From Chiloscyllium plagiosum (Eukaryota): 64,000 bases of DNA. The notes under the pieces are model-generated. The model worked only from the letters and a program-made list of their open reading frames with translations, searched no databases and was not told where the DNA came from. Every line of letters begins with the position of its first letter. Position 1 is the stretch's first letter. The DNA lies in NCBI RefSeq assembly GCF_004010195.1, contig NC_057718.1:463568-527567 (forward strand), written 5' to 3'. This document shows positions 1 to 13,470 of this stretch, piece after piece. The translations under genes were made by a program, and so were the position numbers.

Positions 1-500
1 AGGATGAAGGACCCGATACCCAGCATGAGCAAAACCAATGTAGTGTACAAAATCCCATGCAAGGACTGCACAAAACACTACATAGGACAAACAGGAAGAC
101 AGCTAACGATCCGCATCCATGAACACCAACTAGCCACGAAACGATACGACCAGCTATCCTTAGTAGCCACACATGCAGATGACAAGCAACATGAATTCGA
201 CTGGGACAACATTACTATTATAGGACAAGCCAAACAGAGGCCAGGGAATTCCTAGAGGCACAGCACTCATCCACAGATTCTATCAATAAGCACATTGACC
301 TGGACCCAATATACCGGCCACTGCAACGGACAGCTAGAACTGACAACCGGAAGCGGCAGGTACAAATCACTATAAATACCGGAGGAAAGATCACAGAACG
401 CTTCACAGGAGGCTCCCAAGCACTGAGGATGTCACGTAGACAGGGGGCGAAATGTCTGCAGCTTAAATTCCCAGCTCGGCGAACAGAACCACCACAACTA
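1..500 (+). mobile_element. Penelope-like element 3' end (GIY-YIG endonuclease remnant plus pseudo-LTR)
   Basis: VVYKIPCKDCTKHYIGQTGRQLTIRIHEH GIY-YIG motif, frameshifted at its C-terminus, followed by a hammerhead motif. Confidence 0.9.
420..459 (+). ncRNA. Minimal type I hammerhead ribozyme motif (Penelope pseudo-LTR)
   Basis: gca-CTGAGGA-tgtc...ggc-GAAA-tg-TC-tgc; stem I gca/tgc. Confidence 0.7.
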
Positions 501-665
501 AGCATGTCCCAGTCAATATAAGGGAACCTGTTTTTATGTTCCTACTGTGCTATCAAATGACTCTTAAAATCACCAGTGTGTTTCCTTTGATGTACAATCC
601 CTCCATGAGCATTCATATTATCATGACTGACCACAACATCCTCTTTCTTTCCTAGTCCCACCTAC

Positions 666-762
666 CATTAGCATGAACATGGCTGGAATCCACAGCAACA
701 TCCCCCATGTCCCTCCGTAACTGCTCCAGCTGCTCCTCTTTCTTCTTCACCTCTGCCTCAGC
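666..762 (-). CDS. GPN1: GPN1 exon 12 (97 nt); remaining exons not seen in the window
   Basis: AEAEVKKKEEQLEQLRRDMGDVAVDSSHVHAN; ttccag/gtaggt. Confidence 0.9.
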
Positions 763-859
763 CTGGAACACAGCAGAACAACATGGATGAAGCAGGCTGA
801 GCAAGGGGGCCAGAGTGAAGGTACTGGGTCCTGTTCTCTCTGTCGAACAATGCACTCAC

Positions 860-899
860 CAGATCCTGTCGCAGTCTCTCATAATGTGGTCGATATTCA
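860..899 (-). CDS. GPN1: GPN1 exon 11 (40 nt)
   Basis: EYRPHYERLRQDL; ccccacag/gtgagt. Confidence 0.94.
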
Positions 900-1266
900 C
901 TGTGGGGAGATGAACAGAGTTTAAATAACTAGTATCACAATCTGTCACCTAACAGCATTAAACCAGAGTCTCCCCTCAGTGCGTACACACACAAACAACC
1001 CCCTGTACATCTCTCATGCACAGACACCCTCTTGATCTTAAGTCATAACATCATTTCCCCATTAACCATCACATAAAGACAGTCCTTGTAACCCAGGTCA
1101 GTGGCAGCTCCGGGGATACACCCTCAGCTGAAGGTTTTTCAGGCTGAGACACCCAGATACCCAGGCCCAACTTTGCACTGGGTTTAGGACCCCCATCCCT
1201 GTGAGTAAGGTTACTGCTTCTTCTCAATCACATCAACACCCAACCAAATATCATCTCTGTGCTCAC

Positions 1267-1349
1267 GTTTCATACTCAGCCGCAGCATCAGCGACCTGCT
1301 GGAGAAAGCCATCCATCCCAGTGCCATCCACTGCGGAAACGCCAACCAC
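1267..1349 (-). CDS. GPN1: GPN1 exon 10 (83 nt)
   Basis: VVGVSAVDGTGMDGFLQQVADAAAEYE(T) (G5 VSA motif); tcag/gtgagc. Confidence 0.95.
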
Positions 1350-2792
1350 CTGACAGAAACAACAAGAGTTAGAGAACAGCCAAGAGGACAAATGTCAGTC
1401 CACCCTTGTCTTCCTGTACCTCCACCGACACCCCATTTTCTGGTGTAACCACATACCAACACAATATTCAACAAAGAGGGGAGAGAGGGGTTTAATGCAG
1501 AGTCTGATCCCACCCCAATGAAATTGTCAGCAAAGCAGATTGGACAGCAGAGAATTGTATCATGTCTCCTCTCTTTACTTCAGTACTGCTCATTATCAAT
1601 GGAATGTAACAGACTACATGGTGGCCATTTGGCCCACCATGACTATTCCAGCTCCTTGAGTGTGCTTTGCAATTAGTGCAACTCTCAAGTACATGAGAGG
1701 TGGGAAGAGTAGGCTATACACAGCCCGACAGGCCTAACCTGCCATTCACCATAATCACGACTGACCTCAGGCTTCAACTCCACATTACTGCCCACTCCCT
1801 AAGTCATCTCATTTCCAAGACCCAACAATCTGTCTAAAACCTCACCTAGGAACATAATCAATTATACAGCATCCACTGCGATCCCTATACCTCACCTCAC
1901 GGGGTGCAGCCACAAAATCTGCTTCAGCTGGCACATTCACAATTGTAACTAACCCAGTTTCTTGCTCCAGTAATTAACAGAAGATTGGAAAACTGCTAAT
2001 GTAATATCTTTATTTAAAAAGAGACAAAAAACAGGTAATTATAGGCTAGTTAGTTTAGCACAAAGAACAGTACAGCATAGACCCGGCCCTTGGGCCCACC
2101 AAAACTGCAGAGAGATATGATGCTTTTCTCAACTAAAAAACATTTTCCCTCTCCACACTCCATTTTCCCTGTCGACTCATGTATCTGTCAAGATGCCTTA
2201 GATGTTCTGGATCTGCCTCCATCTCTCCTATCAGCACATTCCAGGCACTGAACACCCTCTGTGTAAAACCTATTCCCTTTTACCCCAAACCGATGTCTCC
2301 TGGGTTGATATTTCTACCCTGGAGAAAAGACTTTGACTATCCACTCTATCCATGCTTCTCTCAGTTGTGTAAGCTTTTATCAGATTGTTTCTCATCCTTC
2401 AACGTTCAAGTGAAAACAAACCAAGTTTGTCCAATCTCTCCTTATCGTTAATACCCTTCAAACCTGGTAACATCCTGGTAAACTGTTCCTGTATTCTCTA
2501 CAAAACCTCCACATCTGTTGCGGGGAAACGTAAATGTTAATTGCAAAGGAAGCAAAAGCACAACATTTGGAAACCCATAATAAATTCAAGCAGCGTCAGC
2601 AAAGGTTTATGAAAGGCAATAATGCCTGACAAATGTATTACAGATTTCTGAGGTATCAAGGAGAGATAAAGGGTTTCAGTCAATGTAATATATTTAGTTT
2701 CTCAAAGATGTTTTATATGATACTGCAAATAAGGTGACTTAATGAGATAAGAACCCATGGTGTTGGCATAGTGCATTAGAATAGATTGAGGA

Positions 2793-3095
2793 ACAAAAAC
2801 AGAAATTGCTGGAAAAGCTCAGCAGGTCAGGAGAGAAATCAGAGTTAACCTTTCAGGTTGACTGACCCTTCCTCAGAACACAATAGATTACATCAAAAAG
2901 GTGCAATGCTGGAAAAGCCCATCCAGTCAGGCAGCATCCGAGGAGGAGGGTCAACATTTCAAGCATAAGCTCTTCATCAGGAATGTGAAGACTCTCCTGC
3001 TCCTCGGATGCAGCCTGACCAGCTGTGCTTTTCCAGCACCACACTTTTTGACTCTGATCTCCAGCATCTGCAGTCCTCACTTTCTCCTATACAAC
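2793..3095. mobile_element. Composite Penelope pseudo-LTR insertion (two related families, inverted arms)
   Basis: Two degenerate minus-strand hammerhead cores; flanked by agattgagga at 2783-2792 and 3096-3105. Confidence 0.7.
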
Positions 3096-4039
3096 AGATT
3101 GAGGATTGGTTAACTAATAGAAGTCAAAGAATTGGAAATGGGGTGGGGGGGGGGGGGGGGGGGCATTTTCAAAAGGCAGCCTGTAACTATTAGTCATGAA
3201 AGGACACTTTGCTTGGAGCAGCAGTGGGACCCGGGCAGCAGCAGGTCTGTTTCACTATAATCTGTAACTTTATGGTTTGACATATTCCTCACATTACCAT
3301 GATCAAGTCAGGGTCAGTCCTTTTCTTCAACAAGTGCAGAAGGTGGGGCATAGACTCTAAACATGCAAGGCCGACATAGTGAAGCTACAAAACAAACCAC
3401 TACACAGGCTAAACAGCAAAGGCAGGAAGTTACAGAAATAGGGAAATAATCCCAGAACAATGGATCAGATCAAAGACCTGTCACATCTAGTTATGACGGT
3501 TGCATTTCATGGAGGAGCATGCTCAAGGTGTTGAACTGCCTTTTCCTGCTCCTAGTCCTTACCTACCTACCTAACCCTGATTGATGGTCAATAATTCAGT
3601 GACCTACTGGAAGAGTAAACTCCATGATCATCCCATCCTTAATAATGGTGTAGGCCCTGCACAATACAGAAGGTAAAACTAAAGCATTTCCATCCAGCTT
3701 TAACCAGAAATATAAAGTGAGTGACCTATTTTGGCTTCCCAGTATCACAGACACCAGTTTCCAGCCAACGCGATATGCACTGCATGATATATAAAAAAAA
3801 GACAGTTGAAGGCACAGGGTACTGAAAAGCCTGTGGATCCCAAAAATATTCAGGTAATAATACAAACAATTTGTGCTTCAGAACTAGCCACATCCCTAGA
3901 AAAGCTGCTTCACTGTATCTTTAGGAACGGCATTTACCTGGCAATATGAAAAACTGCCCATTTATGTTCTGTACAAAAAGCTGAACAAATTCAATCTATC
4001 TAATTCGCATCCTATTAGTCAAAGTTTGAACATCAGTAA

Positions 4040-5020
4040 GTGATGGACGGTGTGGATGGTGGGCATTGCTGGCTGGCCAGCATTTATTACTCCTCTCTCG
4101 TTGTCCTTGAGAATTTGGGGGTGAGCTGCCTTCTTGAACCACTGCAGTCCACCTACTGTGGGGTTGACCCACAATGCCATTAGGGAGGGAACTCCAAGAG
4201 TTTGGCCCAGAGACAGTAAAGGCAAATTATTTCCAAGTCAGGATAGTGAGTGGCTTGGAGGGGAGCTTGCATGTGGTGGTGTCCCCATGTATCTGCTCTC
4301 CTGTCCTTCCAGATCAAAGCAGTTGTGGGTTTGGAAGGTGCTAAAGATGTTTGGTGAGTTTCTGCAGTGCGTCTTGTAGACAGTACACACTGTTGCCGTT
4401 ACTGTGCGTCAGTGAGGGAGAGAGTGGGTGTGTGTGGATTTGGTGCAGGCTGCTTCATCCTGGACGGTGCCAAGCTTCTTGAGTGTTGTTGGAGCTACCC
4501 CCATTCAGGTAAGTTTGGGAGTATCCCAACACACTCCTGACTTGCGCCTTGTAGCTGGTGGACAGGCTTTGGCGAGTCAGGAGGTGAGTTACTCCCTGCA
4601 ATATCCCTAGTGTCTGACCTGTTCTTGGAGCCACTGTGTTTATGTGGTGAGTCCAGTTGAGTTTCTGACCAAGGAGTTACTATTGTTTTGGATTCTCTTG
4701 GCTCTTATGCTGTTTAGCACAGACAGTCCTGTTTGGTGGCTTCGCCATGTTGACACCATATCTTCAGGTACACCTGGTGTTGCTCCTCCTGCACCCTCCA
4801 TTGCACCAGGGTCAATCTCCCGGCCTGATAGTAATGGTTGACTAGGGGATATTCTGAGTTATAAAGTTATAGATTAACTAGTGTACAATTCTGCTGCTTT
4901 TAATGGCCCATAGCACAAATGGATGCCCAGATTTGAGTTGCTAGATCTGTTTGTAATCTGTCCCATTTAGCACAGTGACAGTGCCACATAATACAACAGA
5001 TGGTATCCTCAATGTGAACA
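4040..5020 (-). mobile_element. Degraded LINE-derived repeat (CR1/L2 group); related pieces at about 36560-36915, 40925-41150 and 47520-47810
   Basis: Recurrent blocks ttccaagtcaggat...ggcttggaggggaacttg and ttgagtgttgttggagctg within the window. Confidence 0.6.
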
Positions 5021-5389
5021 GAGGAGTGACATTATGGAGGCCTGAACTCACGGGGAAACTTTGTGAAACTCTCCACCGGCTTGAATGATGCCAACCACCC
5101 TCTTAATTACCAATTTATATTTAGGGACATAGACTTTGGGTTTCCTTTTGTTGGCTGATGTTCTCATATTCTCTCTGCCCTTCAGCTCTCTGTTCTTTTC
5201 TGTATGCATCGCGGCTCATGACTATCATGAACCCAACAGTTATGATAAGTTAGTTCTAGAGAATGACGAGAAAACAGAGAGTCTGAACATAACTTCCAAT
5301 TGACATGAAGTGAGACAGAATAAAATTGGAGATAAGGAGGGTATAACGGAGAAGGATTCAGGGTGTGCTCGAATTTGCAGGCAATTTAC

Positions 5390-5536
5390 CCGGAGCTGAC
5401 TGTAGAACTCATCCAGGACAAGACTCATGGAACGGGTCAGATTACTGGCAAAAGTCGTCTCCTGGTTCAGTGCATCCTGAAAAGTTTCAAAATCTTTCAT
5501 CCACTCCACGGCAAAGGAATGATCAACAATATCAAT
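5390..5536 (-). CDS. GPN1: GPN1 exon 9 (147 nt)
   Basis: [49 protein letters not shown]; ttag/gtaaat. Confidence 0.97.
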
Positions 5537-5538
5537 CT

Positions 5539-6795
5539 AAAGTCACAGGAACAAGGTAATGATCAGTGTACAGTCAAAGCAACTGGGTAATGTCCGTGTA
5601 AAATCACAGCAACAAGGTAACGATCAGAGTATAGAAACAAGGTAATGATCAGCGTCCAGTCACAGGAACAGGATAATGATCACAGGACAGTCACAGGAAC
5701 AGGATAATGAGCAGTATCCAGTCACAGGAGCAGGGTAATGATCACAGGAACAGGGTAATGAGCAGCATCCAGTCACAGGAACACGGTAACGATCACAGGA
5801 CAGTCACAGGAATACGGTAATGATCACAGGACAGTCACAGGAACAGGATAACGAACAGCGTCCAGACACAGGAACAGGGTAATGATCACAGGAACAGGGT
5901 AATGAACAGCGTCCAGTCACAGGAACATGGTAACAATCACAGGACAGTCACAGGAACATGGTATCGATCATAGGACAGTCACAGGAATACGGTAATGATC
6001 ACAGGACAGTCGCAGGAACTGGGTAATGATCAGTGTCCAGTCACAGGAACAGGGGAATGATCACAGGACAGTCACAGGAACAGGGTAATGATCAGCGTCC
6101 AGTCACAGGAACAGGGTAATGATCACAGGACAGTCACAGGAACAGGGGAATGATCAGCGTCCAGACACAGGAATAGGATAATGATCACAGGACAGTCACA
6201 GGAACAGGATAATGAGCAGTATCCAGTCACAGGAGCAGGGTAATGATCACAGGAACAGGGTAATGAGCAGCGTTCAGTCACAGGAACACGGTAACGATCA
6301 CAGGACAGTCACAGGAACAGGATAATGATCACAGGACAGTCACAGGAACAGGTTAACGAACAGCGTCCAGACACAGGAACAGGATAATGGTCACAGGAAC
6401 AGGATAATGAGCAGTATTCAGTCACAGGAGCAGGGTAATGATCACAGGAACAGGGTAATGAGCAGTGTTCAGTCACAGGAACACGGTAACGATCACAGGA
6501 CAGTCACAGGAATACGGTAATGATCAGTGCACAGTCACAGGAACATGGTAATGATCACAGGACAGTCACAGGAACTGGGTAATGATCAGTGTCCAGTCAC
6601 AGGAACCGGGTAATGATCAGTGTCCAGTCACAGGAACCGGGGAATGAGCAGTGTCCAGTCACAGGAACAGGTTAATGATCAGTGCACAGTCACAGGAACA
6701 GGGTAATGATCAGTGCACAGTCACAGGAACAGGGTAATGATCAGTGTAAATGTCACAGGTGCAAGGTCATGATCAGTGTACAGTCACAGCAACTG
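5539..6795. repeat. Intronic minisatellite, about 31-bp unit with 20-bp variants
   Basis: agtcacaggaacagggtaatgatcagcgtcc repeated about 40 times, degenerate. Confidence 0.95.
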
Positions 6796-7977
6796 GATAT
6801 CTCCTGCATTAAAAAAGACCAGGAGGCTCCAGGCATAACAAACCGCTTGTTCAGATGTTAATTTTCCCACTCATCACATTTCCAACAACTGCATGCAGTG
6901 GCTACACAGCTCCCTCCCCTTACATCACTCCCGAATCCAATCTCCACATGACGATCACTGCTTAACCTGTCCTCACCCATACCCTGAACTTTTCTCCATA
7001 TCCTTTCAGCTCATTTTTTTCAAAAACCACTCATATCCTCAACCCCAATTAACATTTTGCATGTCCGTCAAGTATTTCTCTGCACTGTCCCATACGTTTC
7101 TACTTACCGGAAAGGTTAGATGCACAGTGAAACTCAACTTGTGTTATCCCAACAAATATTCCCAGGACAAGAACAGAACTGTTCAGGTATACCTGTAAAG
7201 CTCCCTCAACACTGTAACTATCCCCGCGCAGTACTGTTTGATAGGCAAAGAGTAAAGTTCTGTCTACTCTTTTAAAGTCAAAGTAAAACTACCTTGACAC
7301 TGGCCCCATTCCCAGGGACAGCACGTGGTTAGACAGATAAGAACCAGGAGCAGGAGTTCACAATTCAGCCCCTCGAGCCACAGATTCACAACCCTTTGGA
7401 AGTCATTCTTCCTCATCTCTGTTTTAAATCTGCCACCCTTTCTCCTCAAACTATGACCTCACATTCTAGGTTACCCCATGCATCCTCTCAATGTCTACTT
7501 TGTCAATCTCCTTCAGATATAGGTCTCAGTTAGATTTTGTTTCATTATTCTAAACTCCAGCAAGAATAGTCCTAAAATGCTGACTTTCTGCCCAAAGCAA
7601 ACCCCTCCTCTCTGGAATTAATCGAGTGAACTCCTCTGACTTGTCTCCAACGCAATTACATCCCTCCCCAAGAAAGGTGACCAGAGTTGTAAGCAATACT
7701 CCAGCCGGCTGGATAATTGAAGGGACATTTCCCCAGTTTTATTCTTTAAGCAATAAATAACAAACCCCCTGCTGCCTTCCTTATTACCAGCTGTATCTGC
7801 ATAATAGTTCTCTCTGATTAACATATGAGGACACCCAGATCCCTCTGCACCAAAGCACTCTGATGTTTCTCTACACTTAGATAATAAGCTGCCTTTCTAT
7901 TCTCCAATTCAAATGAATAACTTTGCATTTATCCACATTAAACTCAAGAATATAGAATAAAGCTCCCTCTATATTGT

Positions 7978-8090
7978 TTATGCCCGAAACGTCGATTCTC
8001 CTGTTCCCTGGATGCTGCCTGACCTGCTGCGCTGTTCCAGCAACACATTTTCAGCTCTGATCTCCAGCATCTGCAGACCTCACTTTCTCT
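7978..8090 (+). mobile_element. Short Penelope pseudo-LTR insertion
   Basis: gcccgaaacgtcg...ctgcagacctcactttc; 14-bp TSD tccctctatattgt (7964-7977, 8091-8104). Confidence 0.8.
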
Positions 8091-8408
8091 TCCCTCTATA
8101 TTGTCCCCACCAAACACTTCCAGCCTGGGTACAACATTCAGCTAGATACCCAATAAAGTTCCCCATACACTCTGACTAAATGTGGCCAAGATCCACCTTT
8201 GAAAGATCAGTACAAATACAAGTCAGTATTTCCTGCAACCAAGCCCAGCCATTGCACATCCTGAGTAACTGGACTGGGACTACCTTGGACCTAATTACTT
8301 TACAGCCCCTAGGTGATTTTTATTCAGTTGGACACATCTGAACATAGATCATTGGAGTGCAACGTCACTGTGTGATCCTTATATTGTCCCAACCTAAGTG
8401 ATTCTTAC

Positions 8409-8454
8409 CTTATTCATGATGACAATGAATGGCAGTCTGGTCTTGTACAGAATA
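8409..8454 (-). CDS. GPN1: GPN1 exon 8 (46 nt)
   Basis: ILYKTRLPFIVIMNK (start of G4 NKxD); tttcag/gtaaga. Confidence 0.96.
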
Positions 8455-9159
8455 CTGAAAGAGGAACGATTGACATTTTAATTTAGCACACAGGCCCTTG
8501 TAAAGCCTGAAAATGTACAACCAACAGACTTTTGTAAAAGATTTACAGAAACAAACAGAGATGAAATACAAAGGGACTGCACTACTAGCAGAGTTGTTTC
8601 AGAGTCTACTCCCCCCTCCATTATGGGAGGAAAATCAAATAAATTATTAGGAATAACAATAAGACTGCTGTCAAAGATTTGAATTAATTGCTGAGGTAGG
8701 AAGGAATCTCAAGTGGGAATCCAATTCTTAAATTGTACAAAGTTAAAATAGTAAAGGAAAATAATTTATATAGAGACCAGAGCATCAGATTACACCAGAG
8801 GAAGATGTCAGAAAGGTGAGGAAAGGATCAACATGACTGTGACAGAGGTACAAAATATTGTCATAGGGGGTGACTGAAATGTTGCTGATCTTTAATTAAT
8901 GACACTACTTCAAGCTTCAGACAACATGGACAATAAAGAGGTTGCAGCAAACTGAAATTAAGGAGCACATATGGCTCATATAGATGCATAAGAGATTAAG
9001 AAAAAAATAAAGAAAGAATAAGCGTGACAAGAGAGAAATATGACGAGGAGGAGTCAGGACTGTTTAAACCTATCAGTATGAATGAGTTGTGAAATGAGGC
9101 ATGGGACAAGAGGAAAGGAAACAAGATTTTGAAAATAAGGAGAGATAAACACTGAGTCA

Positions 9160-12100
9160 GAGGCACACAGAATAGAAACAGGCCCTTTGGTCCATCACAT
9201 CTGTGCTGACTAACAAACACCAAACAACAGTAATTCCATTTACCTGCACTTGGTCTGTAGCCTATCATGTCCTGCAATTTTAAGTCAGTGGTGCTGGAAG
9301 AGCACAGCAATTCAGGCAGCATCCGAGGACAGGCAAAATCGACGTTTCGGGCAAAAGCCCTTCATCAGGAAACTGAGGCTTTTGCCCGAAACGTCGATTT
9401 TGCCTGTCCTCAGATGCTGCCTGAATTGCTGTGCTCTTCCAGCACCACTGATCCAGAATCTGGTTTCCAGCATCTGCAGTCATTGTTTTTACCTCTGCAA
9501 TTTTAAGTGCTCATCCAGATGTTTCTGAAATGTTGGGACAGTACTAGCTGGGTTAGCTATGGGGAATACAGGGTTGCAGGAATTGCGTAGAGTGGAGTGT
9601 CTGGGTGAGGTACTCTTCAGGAGAGTTGGTGGGGACTCGATAGGCCAAATGGCCTGTTTTCACACTGTAGGGATTCTATGATTCTACCACCCTCTCATGC
9701 AGCACATTCGTTATTTCTATCACCGTCTGGGTGAATTTTCTCTCTCTTCATATCTCCTCAAAGCCAGTTGCTCCTCACCATAAACTTATGCCGTCTGAAA
9801 CATCTGCCATGAGGAAGAGACTCTCATGACTTAGTCTGTCTCATAACTTTGGATACCTCAATCAGAACCCCCTCAGCCTCCCGTCATAACTGAGACTTTT
9901 CATCCAAAGCAACATCCTGGTTAATCTCCTCTGCACCACCTCCAGTGCAATCGCATCTTTCCAACAATGCAGCGAGCGTAACTGTACTCAATATTCCATC
10001 TGTGCCCTAACCAAGGTTTTATCAAGTTGTAATAGGACTTCCCTGTTCCTATAGTCTATGCCCTGGTTAATGAAGGCAAATATCTCATATGCCATCTCCC
10101 TGTGCTGACATCTTCAGGGATCTAAGGACCTGTACACCAAGGTCCCTTTGCTCCTCAGTACTCTCTAGGAACCTACCATTCATTGTGGATATCCTTCCCT
10201 TATTACACCTCCCAAAATACAGGTTTAAACTGTATCATTGCTCTGCCCAAATTACCAGCTGATCAATATCAGACTGGAGCCTGAGACCATCCTCCTCACT
10301 ATCAACACCACCACCAATTTTCATATCATCTGCAAACTTACTAATTATACCTGTGACATCCATATCCAAGTTGTTATTGTACATAACAAACAGCAAGGGT
10401 CAAGGGTCCCAGCACTGATCCCTGTGGTACATCTTGATGGTCACAGACTTCCAATTACAATGACAACCCTCTACCATCACTCTTTACTTCTTATTTATAA
10501 GCTAGTTTTGGATCCAGTTAGCCGACATGCCTTGCATCCCATGGGCTCTTGTCGTTTGCACCAGCTTTCCATGTGAGACCTTGTCAAAAGCCAACATGAA
10601 GTCCATATAAACCACATCAACTGTGCTACCCTCATCAACATAGTTAGTCACCTCTTCAAAAAACTCAATTCAATTAATCAGACAGGATCCCCTTTGAACA
10701 AATCCATGCTGACTATCCCTGATCAATCTCTGCATTTCAAAATACTGATTTATCTTGTCCTTCAGAATTTTTTTCCAACAATATCCTTACCACTGATGCC
10801 AGATTAACTGCTCTGTAATTACCTGGTCTATCCTTGCTGCCCTTCTTCAGCAAAGCTACCCTCCAGTCAGCTGGCACTTCACCCACGGCCAACGAGGTAT
10901 TAAGTATCTCTGCCAGGTCAGCAGGAATCTCTTCTCTTGCCTTCCTGGGATATACTTCATCAGGCCCTGGGTATTTGTGCACCTGTATGCCTACTAACAT
11001 ATCTAATACCTCCTCCTTATTAACCGTAACATGTTCCAGAATCTCACCGTCCCAAATGACATTTCCACTGACAATACGTCTCTCTCCTCTGTGAATTCAG
11101 ATGAGAAGTTCAGTTAAGACCTCACCTATCTCCACTGGCTCCATGCACAGATTGCCCTTTTGGTTTCTAATCGGTTCCACCATTTTCCTGGTAATCCTCT
11201 TACTCTTAATCTACCTTTAAAAAGCCTTGAGGTTTTTCTTGATCTCATTTCTAAAATACATTTTGCCCTCTAAATTTATTTTTTAAACAACGCCCTGCCT
11301 GGTATGTTTGCTCATTTCCCTTTAGCAAACTCGCGATCTCCCTTGACATTCAGGGTTCCCTGCACTTCATGTCCTTGCCCTTCACTCTTACAGAAACACA
11401 CTGACTCATCTCTTGGGGGAACTACCTACATTGGCACAAAAAGGCTTCCTTGGATGCATTTAAAAAATTGCATCTGATTCTTTCACACTAAGGCAATCCT
11501 AATTAATGTTAGCAAAGTTGAAGTCCCCTCAAACTGGAACCCTATTTCTCTCACACCTTTCCGCTTACATATCTGCTACCTTACCTCCCTCTGATTATTG
11601 GGAGGCCTGTATTATAATCCCAGCAAGGTAACTGCCCCTTTGCTTATGTCTAAGCTTTACCTCGATGGCCTCATTTGATGACTCTTCTGCAACATCCGCC
11701 CTCATTACTGCAGTAGTGGTTTCCTTTATCAATACCTCACTCACTTACTTGCTCACTACTCCACGTGAAACTACTGTCCCCTGGAATGTTAAGCTGTCAG
11801 TCCTGTCCTTTCTTCAACCATAACTCAGCGATTGCAACAATATCATATTCCAACATGCTGATTAACACTAAGTTCATCTGCCTTGCTAATCAAGTTCCTT
11901 GCATTCAGATAGATAAGATTTAGTTTTCTACACTTATCAAATAGCTTACCCTGCCTATGATTTCTCTGCTTGCTGAACTGTACTGGCATTTCTTCACAAC
12001 CGAGTGAGTCTGAATTTATATTTCCTCTATGCTCCATTCCCCATCAAATCAGCTTAAAACTTCCCCATCAGCATGAGCAAATTCCCAGCAAGGAAACTGG

Positions 12101-12325
12101 ACTCATTCCAGTTTAGGTGCAACCCATTCAACTCCCAGAAGTTGTCCCAATGATCTAAAAGGCACCCTCCTACACCATCTCTGCAGCCATGTCTTCACCT
12201 GACTCATCTTCCATTTCCTGTACTCACTAGCATGTGGCAGGGATTACTATCTCGAGCCTGCCTCTTTAATCTTCCCAACTCCCTATACTCATGCTGCAGG
12301 AGCTCATTTCTTTTCAACCCTCAAC
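9160..12325 (-). mobile_element. Degraded CR1 LINE (APE and RT remnants), interrupted
   Basis: ORF fragments YLNARNLISKADEL and PGPDEVYPR...DWRVA...PGNYRAVNLASVV. Confidence 0.85.
9286..9494. mobile_element. Palindromic Penelope pseudo-LTR insertion with hammerhead core
   Basis: Inverted arms; 14-bp TSD ctgcaattttaagt (9272-9285, 9495-9508). Confidence 0.85.
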
Positions 12326-12327
12326 AT

Positions 12328-12520
12328 TGATTAGATTAGATTAGATTAGATTAGATTACAGTGTGGAAACAGGCCCTTCGGCCCAACAAGTCCACACCGA
12401 CCCGCCGAAGCACAACCCACCCATAGAATGTGCAAACTCCACACAGTCAGTCGCCTGAGGCGGGAATTGAACCCGGGTCTCTGGTGCCGTGAGGCAGCAG
12501 TGCTAACCACTGTGCCGCCC
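12328..12520 (-). mobile_element. Internally deleted HE1-like SINE with (TCTAA)n tail
   Basis: Reverse-complemented tRNA-like head at about 12460-12520; (ttaga)n tail. Confidence 0.8.
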
Positions 12521-13099
12521 GTGATTGCTGGCTGTTCACCCTCCCCCTTCTAGATGTTCTGCAGCTGCTACTGAACTGGCCAGAAGTGAGATAACAGAGA
12601 TTGAAATAAATTGAAAGGAAGTATTTAAGATAAAAAGATGGACAGTGTTGAGATCTGACAGAATACACACACGGATCCTATGGAAAATGGAAGAAAGACC
12701 CAGAAGTTGTACCTTGTTTTGTTGATAAATATGAGCTCTGTCACATGCAGATCAGAAAGGACAATTCAACTTGTGCAATTCTCACTTAATTACCACTCTG
12801 CCATGGTAGGATTTGAACTCAGGTTCCCAGAACATTACCTGGATCTGGATGAACAGACCAGTGATCACTTGGCCATCACCTGCCCTAATATACAATATCA
12901 AATCCTAACTGTAAGATTTTGTCCAATTTACAATTGTTACCAAATCCCATTAGAGCTTTCTTTGGTTCTCAATTATTCATTATCACTTCTATTTCACAAC
13001 GATATGAAAACATGGACACAGGTGCCTCTCCAGCGACACCCACATCACTGGAGAGCATGGGGACCAGCTCCTTCCCCGGTACACAGCTTGGGAACATAC

Positions 13100-13194
13100 C
13101 TGCATGCATACAGCATGTTAGACATGAAGGTGACTGGGTTCGTGCTGCGTGAGGTGTCCATCACATAGACAACAACTGTGGAGAAGGTGGAAGC
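13100..13194 (-). CDS. GPN1: GPN1 exon 7 (95 nt)
   Basis: [31 protein letters not shown](S); cacag/gtatgt. Confidence 0.97.
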
Positions 13195-13470
13195 CTGTGA
13201 AGAAAATCACTGTTAATATAACAGACAGAAACAATCAGGATTAGGTTCCAACATTAATACCCCGTGGCAGACAGGGAACCTGGAAGGCTGCTAGATTTCA
13301 AGCTCGCATTAAAAAGGTGGGAAAACGTGGGTACAGTTGCAGATATAGCAGAGCCTGGGAACATTAGGAGGAAGATGTATTGACAGATTTACAGGAAAAA
13401 AGCTGCGCTGAATTGCTGGGGCATTGGATGAGCTACATAAGTAAGTCTGTGAGATTGACAGGAGAGGCAT

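Noticed and set aside
5539..6795. CRISPR-like periodicity (also 35820-36130 and 56543-58935)
   Set aside because: No unique spacers, no cas genes, vertebrate context; these are tandem repeats.
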